Shown piece after piece: positions 22,346 through 35,153 of a stretch of 64,000 nucleotides of DNA (its first letter is position 1; every line of letters starts with the position of its first letter). This stretch comes from Paraphysomonas bandaiensis. Taxonomy: Eukaryota; Protista; Chrysophyceae. Below the pieces are notes generated by a model. The model ran no database searches and was not told the DNA's origin. It saw nothing but the letters and a program-made list of their open reading frames with translations. The stretch lies in the NCBI GenBank assembly GCA_965644295.1, contig CBFFRP010000439.1, positions 34,507 through 98,506 of the forward strand, read 5' to 3'. Both the position numbers and the translations under genes were made by a program.

Positions 22346-25300
22346 TCACATGTCTAAGGACGAAACGCAAAAATCAAAAGCATTCGAGAACAGCTTTACC
22401 CAAGGGCTTGCCCGAGACTCAGATTGTGACTGTGATAAAGGTGGTTGACGCCACTCCATGGGTGCGTAAGGCCACTGCCAGCCGATGAAACACCTCTCTG
22501 GATGAGGCATCTGATATAGAAATAAGACCACATACCATACACCTTTAACGTACCATTGCCAGGTGACGCCCATCCCTGGAACATAGGGCAGCAATACCGC
22601 AAGCAGAACCATTCGGGTTCATGGGGTACTTTTCAGTAGGAGTCCAGGCGTCATCCACGTACCGTATGGGTGCGAGACCGTCATCCAGAGCTTTCTGCAA
22701 TTGCCGTTTACTGCCTGTCTTGTCTCCCGGAAACACCACTCGCCCTTCTCCATGAGCAGACCATATACCGAGAACGGCATCCGCCATCCCTCTCAGGAAT
22801 ACTGGTTGCGCCTGTGACGGTCCCGGAGGCATCACTCTCACAGTGCACCAGCGGCTCTCGAACCGCCCCGAGATATTATGAACAAAACGAGGTTGGGACT
22901 CTTCCACAAACTCGGTTTCTTGGAAAGGGACCCAACCCATTAGAGCCATCAGCTGGCACCCGTTGCATACACCTGAACAAGTAACATAACATCGCGCATT
23001 TTTGGGCACGCTGCCGGGACAACAAATCTCACCTAAGCTAAAAGTGTCAACTCGATCTTTGAATGCTTTAAACATCGCTTTCAATGTAGAGTTAAAGCGG
23101 ATCGCACCCGCCCACCCTTTCGCACTACCATTAACGTCCGCATAACTGAATCCACCACAGAATATTACACCCCGGAAGCAAGAAAGATCTATCTCTCCGG
23201 ACATCAGATCCCTCATGTTAACATCCCATGGCTCGAATCCCGTCCAATAGAAGGCAGACATCATCTCCCTGTCCCCATTCGTACCTTCTTCTCTAAGTAT
23301 TGCTACACGTGGTCGAGAAGACAGAGGATTGTGGGGAGTCAATTCATACTTGAAGGTCAGACGGTATGGGCATCCATATCTAGTTAGTAAACTCTCTTTC
23401 TCCTGGTTTACGCACAACACGTTACATTGTCGAGATTCAAGTGCAAAAGAGGTTGACTCCCAGACATCTCTGAGTTTTGCAACTTCTCCCTGCACAACAG
23501 ACCGCCCCCCATAACACACAGATACGTCACCACGCACATTTCCTGTCCGCCCCAATCGCACACAGGGCACTGAAGATGATGTAAAGGCCCGCATAACAAA
23601 CTCGGTGTTATGAGGCAACACCTCTAGTACGAGCCCGAGATCTTCACTGAACAGAGCTTGTAGTGCCTTGATCTCACTTGTATCACCAGAAGGGTCAGCT
23701 GGAACATCAACTCTAAGTCCGCAATTTCCAGCAAAAGCCATCTCCAGTAGACATACAATTAGCCCACCATCTGACCTGTTAAAACAGATGTGGTGGTACA
23801 CTAATCAGCGAATATCAGTTACTTTACCTGTCATGCCCAGACAGAATGACATTTTCGTTCAACAGGAGCTGTACTGTCTCAAAAGCTCTCCTGAGCAAAA
23901 GTGGGTCTCTCACATCAGCACATGTATCCCCTAACTGCCCATACACCGTGCTGAGGGCAGTGCCACCGAGAGCACGCCCTCCATCACGCAACCCCGATAA
24001 GTCTACGTAGATGATCTCTCCTGTACCATATGCTTTCAAGTCTGGAGTTACGGTTTGGGTTATATCGGGACAAGCGGCGTACACTGTGAGTGTGACCTGG
24101 CCAGGAGCAGGTACTATCTCGCCATCCACCTACGTTAACAGTGCTCAGAAAACTTATACGACACCACTATACTCCTTCACCGTGGCTGCCATTGACAGTG
24201 AGTCTTTCCCACCGTCAATGCTGGGACCCAGTGTAAGCAAGAAATTACTTATGGCTTCGCATGTCTCCCACATCTTGGCTCCTTCGCCCTCAAGTTTCGC
24301 AGCCCACATCCAGTTGCAGCTCGCCTTCACATCACACAACCCCGTCACTCGTGCCCACATTAGATTGGTTAGTGCTTCTCCCGCCGTTAATCTAGCCTGC
24401 AGGTCAGCATATATTACACACTCAAGGCGCATACACAGAAAGATTCGCACCTGTGCTGCACTATTAATTAACCCTTTTATTGGCTGCTCTCCGACAGCGG
24501 TAGCTACTCCAGTGACACCGAAATGGCTTTGCGCAAGAACTGCCACATCTGCCAGTGGTGTATGTAGGGGTCCTACGCACTGTTGTTGCGACACAAGACC
24601 AGTTACACTGCGGTCCACCTTGTTAGTTAGGAATCGCTTGCTGCCAACATCCATAAGCCGTAGTACTCTGAAAACATATGTCAAAATCTGTGCAGTACAA
24701 ATCAGTGACAGAAGTGACCTCTCAAGTGCGCCTGCCACCGTAATGTTTGTCGGTAGATCTAGAGAGTGTAGATCCTTTACAGGAGAGGTGAACGTGAAAG
24801 TTTTTTGAGGCATCTTTCCGAGTACCATAGACAATGGCAAATCGAAAGGTACACTTCCGTCTACAGAATCACGAACGACAACCTGCCATTTTCACTCATC
24901 ATTCCAAAACAAACCATCACTACACCTAAGCATGTTTCACTTACCCTACCATTACCCGTTACTCTGCCCACAGGGCTCACAGGACAATTCTCACGCTCCC
25001 CTAACTTCAGAACTGTCGAAAGAAATTCCTCATGTACCAGGATCGCATTGTTCTCCTGGTATTCGGCTCCCCATATCTGAATCCAATCAACGTGTCAAAT
25101 ATGCACACCCTATTGATAGCAATAATCACCTCCATCACAGAAAGAGTTGGGTCTCCAAGAGGAATACTGCGGATATCATACACAGCCCCAAGCGGGTCTA
25201 CCACTTCCTTTAGCACGTTGCCATTACCTCCAGCTCCTTGGTCATGTATAGAAACTATGGGATTTGACTCCCCCATCTCCACGCATCCACGAATCACCCT

Positions 25301-26948
25301 ATTCATACGATTTTCCATTTGTGCGTCACCCCGCTGAACAGCATTGAAGTCAAGGTGTGATTCAACCGTTCCTTGTTCGCGACTGGAGGCAGCACCCCCG
25401 CCCAGGCCTATGCGGTACGCAGGTCCACCCAGCTTACATACAACCATTCCCACCTCTGGCGCACCTTTGCAAGCATGTGTCGAGTCTAGCGCACCCACAC
25501 CTGCAGTGAACATGATAGGCTTTATCCATTCTATCCGCCTGCCCTTCGTCCCCGTCACTGATGTATGAAGCCGCAGCCCAAAAGATCTGGCGAATCCACA
25601 CACAACCGGCTCCCCGTATTTGTTTCCATAGTCGGATGCGCCATTCGACGCTTCTACAACAATCTCCCTGGGATGCGCAAGGGTAGAACTATAGTTCTCA
25701 GGTGTCTCCCAGGGAAGAGGATGGGAGGGCAAGTGAAGATTTCCTACACAGTAACCGCAAATTCCAGCGACAGTGTGCGCCCCTCTTCCTGTTGCTTGAA
25801 CATCCCTGAGTCGCCCACCGGTACCTGTCTCCGCCCCTGGAAAGGGGGCAACACCGCTAAATTATCACAAGACAATGAACACAATAACACCAAAAAGGTA
25901 CATGATACCTAGGAAAATTGTGTGTCTCAGCTGTGAGAATGGGGTGCAAAGTTACCCGTCTCAGGATCATGCGAGAAGCAGAAGTGGGGTCTGATGAGCA
26001 GAGCACATTAACGTCAAAGCCATATATAGCCTGCGCATGCACATATATTACATACAAAGACTAAGAAGGTAATTGCATGCAATCACCGATGAGTTGTCAT
26101 GGAACGCTATTACAGAATTTGACGGCTGCTTGCTGGCTAATGAAAGAGTTGATTTGACCATTGAGAACAGTGTTCTGTCTTTCTCTTGCCCGTCCACCAC
26201 AATTCGCCCAGAAAAAAACCAATGGCGAGAATGTTCGCTATTGGACTGAGCCAAGTCAAAACACTATGAGGATAATAAATCTGTAATATTACATAATAAA
26301 AGTATGACACAGAACCTCAACATCGCTCGGATCACGTCCGAGTTTGTTTTTGAAGAGGTCAGTATAGTAGTCCAGGTCCCAGTCATCAAACCCCAGTCCC
26401 CTCTCCAAATTTATTCGCTCGAGGGCTTCTCGTCCCTCCCGCATGACCGGCACTCTTATGACCCTCTCTGTCGACCCCTCTATATCAAACCTCTGTATGG
26501 GGGCCTTGTACACGCTCTCTGTCATACGGTCATACAGAGACCGCTCTAAGCCCTCTAGATCATAAGCAGTGAGCTCATCGACACTGCTAGAGGTGATGGC
26601 ATATCTTCTGCTCCTCTCAACTCTATGCACGGAAGATATGCCGCATGATCGACACATCGACACACAGTTTGAGCTCCATGACGACGAGAACGACAGACGA
26701 GGACCCACCTCGATGATAACACTAGACGGGTTCAGAAACGAAGAGGAGGATGTGAGGGAGGGCTCATAGGTCTCTGAAAGGAGCCATACGAGTCTCTGGT
26801 GCTGTTGCTGACTATACGTGGATGGGTCGATCAGTATGTTGAAACACTCTTCACATGTGCCCCACACATCAACCCCTGCACCACCAATACACACACTCTC
26901 ACCACCATACAATAGACGATACACGTGAATCACTTCGGCTTCAGACAT
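22346..26948 (-). CDS. PFAS: Phosphoribosylformylglycinamidine (FGAM) synthase, large PurL type; multi-exon
   Basis: EVGPRLSF, AQSNSEHSRHWFF, TAETHNFP, KPIMFTAG, RIGLGGGAASS, IHDQGAGG, SKRFLTNKVDRSVTG, GGKDSLSM, SGHDR|SDGG, LREEGTNGDREM, GGFSYAD, GVCNGCQ, MPHPER. Confidence 0.97.
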
Positions 26949-27152
26949 AACTCCTCCACGTACACTGACATATACTTCAAACGCCACTTCGACTTCCACA
27001 GAATAGATCGCTCGGACCATATCATACGAAGTGCGTATCATATCGCACAAATACAGACAGAGACTACACGACCACAAAAAAAAACACAAAAGAAGCAACT
27101 CCAGGCAGAATACAGAACTCTCAACACACATATGTATGTATGTATGTATGTA

Positions 27153-27350
27153 TTGTGAGGGAGAGCGGGTGTGAAAAAAACTTTTTTTTCTCTCTTCTTC
27201 AATCTTCTTTGATCGCGATTACAAAACTTGCTCACCTACATTAAACAGTACCATAAACCCACAATTACCATGATAAGCACTGCAAATCAAGGTGATTTCT
27301 TCTACAATGTGTTGAAGCAACCTTCTCTCACATGTTTGTCATTCGCAGCA
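27153..27350 (+). repeat. Left TIR (198 bp, begins TTGTGAGGGAGAGCGGG)
   Basis: Reverse complement of 30431-30628, no mismatch seen by eye. Confidence 0.95.
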
Positions 27351-29035
27351 TGTCATCAGACAGCCAAAACTCTGAAATAGAAGAAGGTCTGTGGGTGCGA
27401 GTAAAAATTGTCGCTTTGACTAAATTTCGAGAGGAAGCACAGGCATTCTCTGTAAATCGGTCCGAGTTAACTTCTTCGACAGACCAATTAACGATTTGGG
27501 TGAGAATTACTGCAATTACTGCTAAAGATGTTTTAATATAACATTTTTTTTAGATTCCAGGAGGTAATCTTTTTGAAGACGATAGTAATATCTGGCGTGT
27601 CAAAGGTCATGCATTCTTGCATGCACTCGTTGAGGGCGTAGCGAGGCAAGCGTATAATCAAAAGTTATTGCCACCACTATCAGACTTCAACGACCAACTC
27701 AGGATAGACTTCAGCAGAGGTATTACTGTTCGAACTGCAACAAGTTCTGGTATCATTGGTAATTTCCACATGATCCCTCCCGATGGAGAATTGGACATAC
27801 CGTTACTTCCCACTAGACGCCAGACAGATCACGATAGGAAGTGTTGTCGGGAAAACGCTTCCCACTATGTGGTGATTGCTGGTGTCCCGTTCCAAAATTG
27901 CCCAGACGATGTGATACTACAGAGACAGCTCAGCTTTGTTGATTCTTCCCTTGCGCTTGTTAAACATAAACAGAATGATCTTCCCCTCTGTAAATACATG
28001 CACTCAAAATATTTCAAAGTTGGCCTGAATCATCGTCCAGGAAATGATATGAACACGTACTGGTCACCGGCAATGAAAGAAGCCATGACCGAGTGCAGTG
28101 AAGAGGGTCAAAGACTCTTCGAGCTTAATCCTCCAAAAAGTATGCAAAGTGGTATCCGCAAGCAGAGAGGATTTGGTCACGGTGGTCAATCAGGTCTTAA
28201 GCTTTCAACCGCCAGTGAACATGATGCGGCGGACACATCGAGTCATTTGGAAGCACAAAGGAATCGCTTGCATATCGAGCGATGTCGTGCCAAAGCTTGG
28301 AGCAAGAAAGATTTGATTTCTGATAGCAAATTGAAAGATCTACTCGAGCTTCCCGAGGGCAAGAAAGTAAAGAGCTACTCGCAGTTAAGAACATACTTAT
28401 GTGAATACTTTAGTACCCTAGAAGGTGAAGAACGTGCAGCTGAAGACCCGTTGGAGTATGACCCGACACTCGATACATGGGTTCTCAAGTTGGATTGGAT
28501 GGGTCAAGACTTCCCAAAATATAGTGACCTCAAGGGGGGTAATAAGCCAATACCTGCAGCCCGTGAAAATATCATATTCTCGTCGGTTCGAATAGGACCA
28601 CACCCGCCACCACCACCGCCCCCTGCTCTACCAGCTCCTCCAGGTGTTCCAGCACAAGGTTGGCCTATCCCAATTGGTGTTCCCCCTGCTGGAAGTAGTG
28701 GCCCTTCTTTTGGTGTCCCTTTTCCCCTTCCACCAGACTGTGGACCATCGCCCTACGGGGTATACCCCCCTCCTATTTATCCAACTGGGGGTTTTCCTTT
28801 TCAGCAGCAGCTTCCTCCGTATTACCCACAGGGATCTGCTCCTCGGCATTATCCGCATCACATGCTGTATGGCTACCCGCCAGAATATTACCACGGCCAC
28901 AGGGATTTTGATTATGCATCGCGTTATCGCCAACAGCGATTTGCCTGGGGAGAAGGAATGCGAAAGGATGAGAGGGGTGAGTGGATAGCATATGAGGCCG
29001 AGTATGAAATTCCTTATCCTGCCGACCCTTACTAA
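27350..29035 (+). CDS. Transposon-borne protein of unknown function (~543 aa) with a Pro/Tyr/Gly-rich C-terminal region; 2 exons
   Basis: ATG at 27350; 54-bp GT-AG intron 27500-27553 joins MSSDSQ...QLTIW to IPGGNLF... in frame with the 472-aa ORF. Confidence 0.8.
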
Positions 29036-29389
29036 ATAGAACAGATTGCAGTCAATCGTTATCTGCCGGGTCTCATTTATTATTTATTTCGAATCTTGGT
29101 AATTTTTGGATGAATTTAACACATACGCTCCGATGCATCGAAATTTAGGTTTAGACTCACTAACCGATTTTCTTTTTTCTTCTTAGTATGCAACTGTATG
29201 AACTGATATTTTAAATTCTCCACAAACTTTTCAAAATTTTGTTTTTTTGATTTATTAATATTACTTGAATCTATTGCGTATAATTAATCATATTCTATCA
29301 CGAAGTAGTAGCAAGCATATCACATTCAATCATCAGTACATCTATATTAGTAACTAGTGAGTAGAGTATAGAGTATAATCTGCAAATGA

Positions 29390-30420
29390 TCAATAGTTAC
29401 AGGCTTCGCACTGTTCTTTCCAAGTAACGGTAATATCCACTCGATTGAATAAATTGCACGCAGTTTCGGCAGTACAGCATGACCACAAAGCTTCATGTAG
29501 TTGAGCTGCAAGTGGTTTATATGCGTACATAATTCCCCACTTCTTTCTAATGTGCGCTTTGGCAAGATGAAATACGGGTTCAATTGGTGAAAAATCATAA
29601 GAATAAGGGGGAGAAACACAACCATCACGCCGAATTCTGCACACATATTATAAATATCTATCTTCACGTGCGTCGAAGCATTATCCATGAGCAGCACACT
29701 GCGATCCCCAGGAAAAGGGTTCATGTGGGGAAAGATGTCATGTTCTAGGGCATCTAGAAATGTATTATGATCAACATTTTCTTCGTGTACAGTAACAGCA
29801 AAAACTCCTTCGATAGACATTGCAGCAATGGCACAACAACTAACTTGGGGATTGAAGTGGCCTATAACATCACCACTCACGAAGGCAGGGTAGCCATGTG
29901 GTGAACGCCCATATCGGCGTAGAACTTCTGCCGGCTGGAGATGTGATTCGTCCACAACAGCATAGCAGCGAGCTGGAATTTCATCCAATGATCGGGCCAA
30001 ATTATTCTTATAGTAACGCCTCAAGCCCTCATTTCTGTTGTGGGAAATTCTTTGACAAACTTTTACGGTATAGCCCTCAGTGTTCATGGCATGCTTCATT
30101 TGGTGCTCCAAGTACGCCACGCCGTACACATTAAAAACCTTTTCGCATAATTCTTCGTTGGAATAAGTTGAATTTTCTGCCAGCAACTCTTTAACAAAAT
30201 TGATATGCTCGAGTGAAATGACAGTGTGGTGCGAATGGTGTGAAGACTCTGGTTTAACTGATCCAGTGTCCAGATATTTGTCCAACCACCTTCTAACTGT
30301 GCTTTGGGACACATCGTATTTCTCGTATATATGATCTAGTGATGCGGCCACAGAATTTGTGATTTCCAGAGAGTGATCAAACACATCCAAAATTAAAAGA
30401 CGGAAAGCCTCGGAATACAT
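29390..30420 (-). CDS. DD34E transposase (IS630/Tc1-like) with one frameshift at the G5 run 29607-29611
   Basis: HTH-like VSQSTVRRWL; catalytic VVDESH, LLMDNASTH and, after restoring one base, FLPPYSYDFSPIE; 34 residues between the second D and E. Confidence 0.9.
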
Positions 30421-30430
30421 GTAAATATGG

Positions 30431-30628
30431 TGCTGCGAATGACAAACATGTGAGAGAAGGTTGCTTCAACACATTGTAGAAGAAATCACCTTGATTTGCA
30501 GTGCTTATCATGGTAATTGTGGGTTTATGGTACTGTTTAATGTAGGTGAGCAAGTTTTGTAATCGCGATCAAAGAAGATTGAAGAAGAGAGAAAAAAAAG
30601 TTTTTTTCACACCCGCTCTCCCTCACAA
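30431..30628 (-). repeat. Right TIR (198 bp)
   Basis: Reverse complement of 27153-27350. Confidence 0.95.
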
Positions 30629-31013
30629 TATGTATGTAGGTATGTAGGTATGTATGTATGTATGTATGTATGTATGTATGTATGTATGTATGTATGTATG
30701 TATGTAGGTATGTATGTATGTATGTATGTATGTATGTATGTATGTATGTAGGTATGTATGTATGTATGTATGTATGTATGTATGTATGTATGTATGTATG
30801 TATGTATGTATGTATGTATGTATGTATGTACTGTATGTATGTATGTATGTATGTATGTATGTATGTATGTATGTATGTATGTATGTATGTATGTATGTAT
30901 GTATGTATGTATGTATGTATGTATGTATGTATGTATGTATGTATGTATGTATGTATGTATGTATGTATGTATGTATGTATGTATGTATGTATGTATGTAT
31001 GTATGTATGTATG
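30629..31013. repeat. (TATG)n microsatellite, continuing 27131-27152 across the transposon
   Basis: About 95 units with a few TAGG variants. Confidence 0.98.
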
Positions 31014-31076
31014 TTCAGTAGTGGTTGTTCATAACTTACTGATGATATAGTTATCTTATCGATCTCACACTTCAGA

Positions 31077-33777
31077 ATGGAGGACGAGGGTGAGAATGAG
31101 AGCGCAGGCATGGTGGTTAGCGTCCGTGTGAAGCCTCTGGACCCCGGGGAGCAGTCAGTGTCTGTGCGGTCTGTGGACACGAATATGGTGTGCATATCTC
31201 AGGGAGACGCATCGCACACTTACAAGTTTGATTTCGTGCACTGGTCGACAGGCTCGTCGCGGGATGTTCCAGGATACGCCTCTCAGGAGGCAGTGTTCAA
31301 TGACGTGGGCGCCCCTCTTGTTAGTAATGCCATACGAGGATTCAACTGCACTCTGTTCGCATATGGACAAACGGTCTGTCATGTCACTCCGTGTGTGTTG
31401 TACCGTATCATGTATAGTACCTGTATCTCATCCCATTCGTGTCTTGTGCCTTATATTTTACTAGGAACTCTCGTTTATATATTATCTCGTACTAATATCA
31501 GCTTGTGTATCTGTGGTCTCAGTCGTTGGTGTGCTGTAGGGTTCTGGTAAGACGTATACGATGTTGGGGGAACAAGGCAATGAAGGGGTGATTCCACGAG
31601 TGTGTCGTTCGCTGATGACATCTAAAGTTGAAGAAGGGACGGTTGTAACATTCACAATAACCTACGTTGAAATATTTCTTGAGCGTGTACGCGACCTTTT
31701 ACGGGCTCCTCCAACTCGGCCGGGTGCCCAGACACAGAGTCTGAAGGTACGAGAACACCCTGCAGATGGCCCCTTTGTGGAAGGCGCCACTGTGGTAGAG
31801 GTGGAGGACTTTGAGGAGTGTATGGCATACATGGAGGTTGGCTCTAGACACCGACAGGTGGCCAGTACTAAGATGAATCAGCAATCCTCCCGCAGCCACG
31901 CTATATTCACTCTACAGTGTACGCAGACCAAGCCTCTCGACCAGCTTCAGACGGATGGGAATATTGATGAGGGCGAAGTATATACTGTGGTCAGTAAAAT
32001 AAACTTGGTCGACCTTGCTGGTTCGGAGAATGCACTCTCTGCTGGATCAACAGGTATGCTACAGGAAGTGTGACATAATGTGTATGTGACACAACGTCCA
32101 GGAAACAGGTTGAAAGAGGGTGCGGCAATCAACAAGAGTCTACTCACACTGGGACGCGTTATAAAAACTCTCGCTGAGAACTCCAGCAAGCGTGAGTCCG
32201 GGGGATCTCGTAGATCGAGCACAGGTACTCGGAGGGCTTCTATGTTTGAGCTGTCTTCCACCTCCCGTAGTAGTGGGGGGCAAGGCAGAGAGCGCCTTAG
32301 TCTGTCAGGGGCTGAGAAAGATGCTGAGCGTCCTGCTCTGATAGTGCCGTACAGAGATAGTGTCCTTACATATCTCCTCAAAGAGAGTCTTGGGGGTAAT
32401 AGCAAGACTACGATGATAGGTAGGTCGTGATATTAGTAGATTTCGCTTTTTATGAGTATTGTGACAGCGGCGGTACGCCCAGGAATGAGTTTCGCTGATG
32501 AAACAGCAAACACGCTCCGCTACGCGGCGCAAGCTAAAAAGATTGTTAATGTTGTAGTAGTCAACGAGAACCCGTACGTCAAGATGATAAAGAAGGTGCG
32601 ATTTTGTGTTAGTGTATATGTTCGTTAGTGTGACGTGGCGGTACAGCTGCAACAAGAAGTAGAAGACTTGACTAAGATGCTTCAAGCGGCGACGGCAGCT
32701 GCTCCGGTACCGCGTACTCCTGAGAGTGCTCCTGTTCCATCTTCCCCTCTGCCCAGCGCAGAAGCTATATCTTCACTACAGATGAAGCTCCAGATGGTTC
32801 AGCAAAGCTCCATGGCTGCCCTTCACTCTTATGAACGACACTCATCACCTGTCAAGAGGCGTGGACAAACACCACGACGCGGTCCACTGTCGACAGATAA
32901 GGATGATTGTGATACTCAGAGGTGCACACCAACGGCTCTTTTGCTTGAGGGAGAAGGCGAGGGCGAGGGGAAAGGACGAAAACTGTTGGATGAAGAGGCC
33001 CCTTATAGAGTTGCCTTTTCTCACGCCGACAGTGATGACGACGACGTGGGCTCCGTTGATGGGAACGTCGAAGAAGCGCCAGATAAAGTTCCTAATAGCG
33101 GTGATGTTAGCTGCATGGCACAGGATCAAGAACTAGTATCGACAATTCAGAGAAACATGGACGAAGGTGATAGTGTGTCGCGGGCTCCAGAGGTGGTGCG
33201 GAGAGATAGAGAGCGTAAAGGGCCACTTTCGGCAGTTAAAAGTAATCCGCCAGTGAGAGATAACCAGCTTTCTCCTGTTGTAGTCTTGTACTCCCGACAC
33301 GACGACACAGGTCCTTGTGATACCGGTTCTACCAACAGAAGTAGTAGCAGTAGTGAGGAAAGCTGTTCTGGTGGGGGGGGGACAGGGTCAGGGGGACGGG
33401 TATCTATAGAAAGTGACCCCGGTGCACCTGTTCTTAAGGAGGGATTCCTCATGAAAAGAGGCTTCGTTAATACGGCATTTCAACGGAGGTGGTGTGTACT
33501 GAGGGGAAGAGATATTGTCTTCTATCGTAGATATAAGGACAAACGTGCCAGGGGCACAATCAATTGCGATGGGGCTCGTGTTACTCCAGCTGTAGAGAAA
33601 GAAGACTTGCCTTTCGCTTTCTACCTCTATACCCCTAAGGATAGGTACCATAAGAAGTGGCTGCTACAAGCAGCGTCAGAGGACGAGATGATATCGTGGA
33701 TAAATGCGATTAAAATAGCTGCGGTGCACTTCGAGAGACAAGATACCGAGGAGGAGCAAGTATGTAGTGTGTCGTGA
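31077..33777 (+). CDS. Kinesin-3-like motor protein with C-terminal PH domain; multi-exon
   Basis: [14 protein letters not shown]|[72 protein letters not shown]; [12 protein letters not shown]...FQRRWCVL...SWINAI. Confidence 0.9.
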
Positions 33778-34538
33778 TTTTTGAAAATGTCCCTTGCTGT
33801 GTGTTCGATATTAGTTGTGAATTACGCTCGTACAACTGTGCTGACAGGATGGTACTGTGTGTTGATCTGCAAGTCCTTTTATATAGAATGTGTGAGAATA
33901 GGATGTCGCTATGAGTATTAACAGTGTAATGTAAATACCACTGGATTATTAGCTGTACTGGGTGCTGGACGAACCAGGAGACATCGTCATCAACATGAGA
34001 TTCCAGTTTACAATTATGCTTCAGTCAAATAGTTTCACGTTATGCATATCTACTCTCCACTGCAACAAATATGGATAAAAAAAACGAAGAGAGGAGACAG
34101 GAGACAAGGACAGGCCTTTAAACCCCCAAACCCCCTAAAAGGGGGCATTTTCTTCGAAAGTTTTTTTTTAAAATCCAGAATGCTCTAAGTTATTCAAATC
34201 TGCAATATTAATAAGAAATAACTTCTATATGCGCAATGGTATTGTTTCGCAAAAGTGACAGCACTAATGCTCTAAAAAGAAAAACTGTTTGATTTTCACT
34301 GTTGGAATATGCAGAGGCAGTCATTGTTGACTATTTGAATTATACTTTGACTGATAACTGTGAGTTGTAGATAATTGTCCGGTTAAACAGCATTCAACGA
34401 TTGGAACTAGCACTATACTAAAAAGTTCATAGGTGCGAAAACAATGGAAAACTCATATAAAGGACACAGTGGTTGATGGTTGTTTATCAAAGGAGGGGTG
34501 ACGATTGATTTTAGCTTCATCCAACGATTCCAACTAGA

Positions 34539-34732
34539 AGGGCCGCGGAACAATTAATTGGCACAGATTGTAGTGAGTTAACTGCGATTAAACTACGTAC
34601 TTATACAGCAATAGTTTAGCTGCCAACATAGCTTGCTCAACTGTCTTTTATTTCCAGAGGCGACGATTCATGTGTAGAAACATAACTAGCTCTAGATGCC
34701 TAGGAGTCATTTTTCTTACGTAACGCAGCCGG
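34539..34732. mobile_element. Degenerate hAT-like MITE related to 18705 and 56868
   Basis: Left AGGGCCGCGGAACAATTAATT, right TAACGCAGCCGG; body TTAGCTGCCAACATAGCTTGCTCAAC...CCAGAGGCGAC shared with 56928-57000. Confidence 0.6.
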
Positions 34733-35153
34733 TTGAATTGTATAATCCGTCTCTCAGTTTATCGCTTCATAATACTGTCTTTAACTATTCTATTAGCCAC
34801 GATTACCCAATATGAATTTTATGGCTTTGAACCAAACTCTCAAAACATACTACGAAGTATGAATACGTTCGAGGTTTGGGATACGGCTGCGTTATTCAAC
34901 AAACAATGCGACAGTAGAATAAAACTTTAAATCATTATTTATTTGAAATCAAACCATTCACTCCATACCATATTATGGCGTTCCGTTGTGTATAGATATT
35001 GAATCTTATATAAGAATCGAATTGTAAAGTGTGTCCCAATCACTGTCACTAAGCTCTAGTCCACATTCATATTCAGTACGTGTTGTAGTACTCTCTGAGA
35101 GCGCAATACTGCTTGAATCTTCCGCTGTATAGATTCACTGTGGGGTCCAGCCC

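Larger units (their letters stand above)
27153..30628. mobile_element. IS630-Tc1-mariner DNA transposon, 3476 bp, two convergent genes
   Basis: 198-bp perfect TIRs; TA on both sides (27151-27152, 30629-30630) within (TATG)n; DD34E transposase inside. Confidence 0.95.

Noticed and set aside
27617-29035. Transposon second ORF as Fanzor/TnpB
   Set aside because: No RuvC D-E-D motifs or C-terminal zinc finger visible; the C-terminus is proline-rich low complexity.
29607-29611. Transposase frameshift as programmed
   Set aside because: A single missing base in a G homopolymer within the LPPYS motif; sequencing error or mutation is simpler, and there is no second copy to compare.
30623-31195. MYVC/YIHT-repeat ORFs here and at 52673-53804
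   Set aside because: Translations of (TATG)n microsatellite, which has no stops in several frames.
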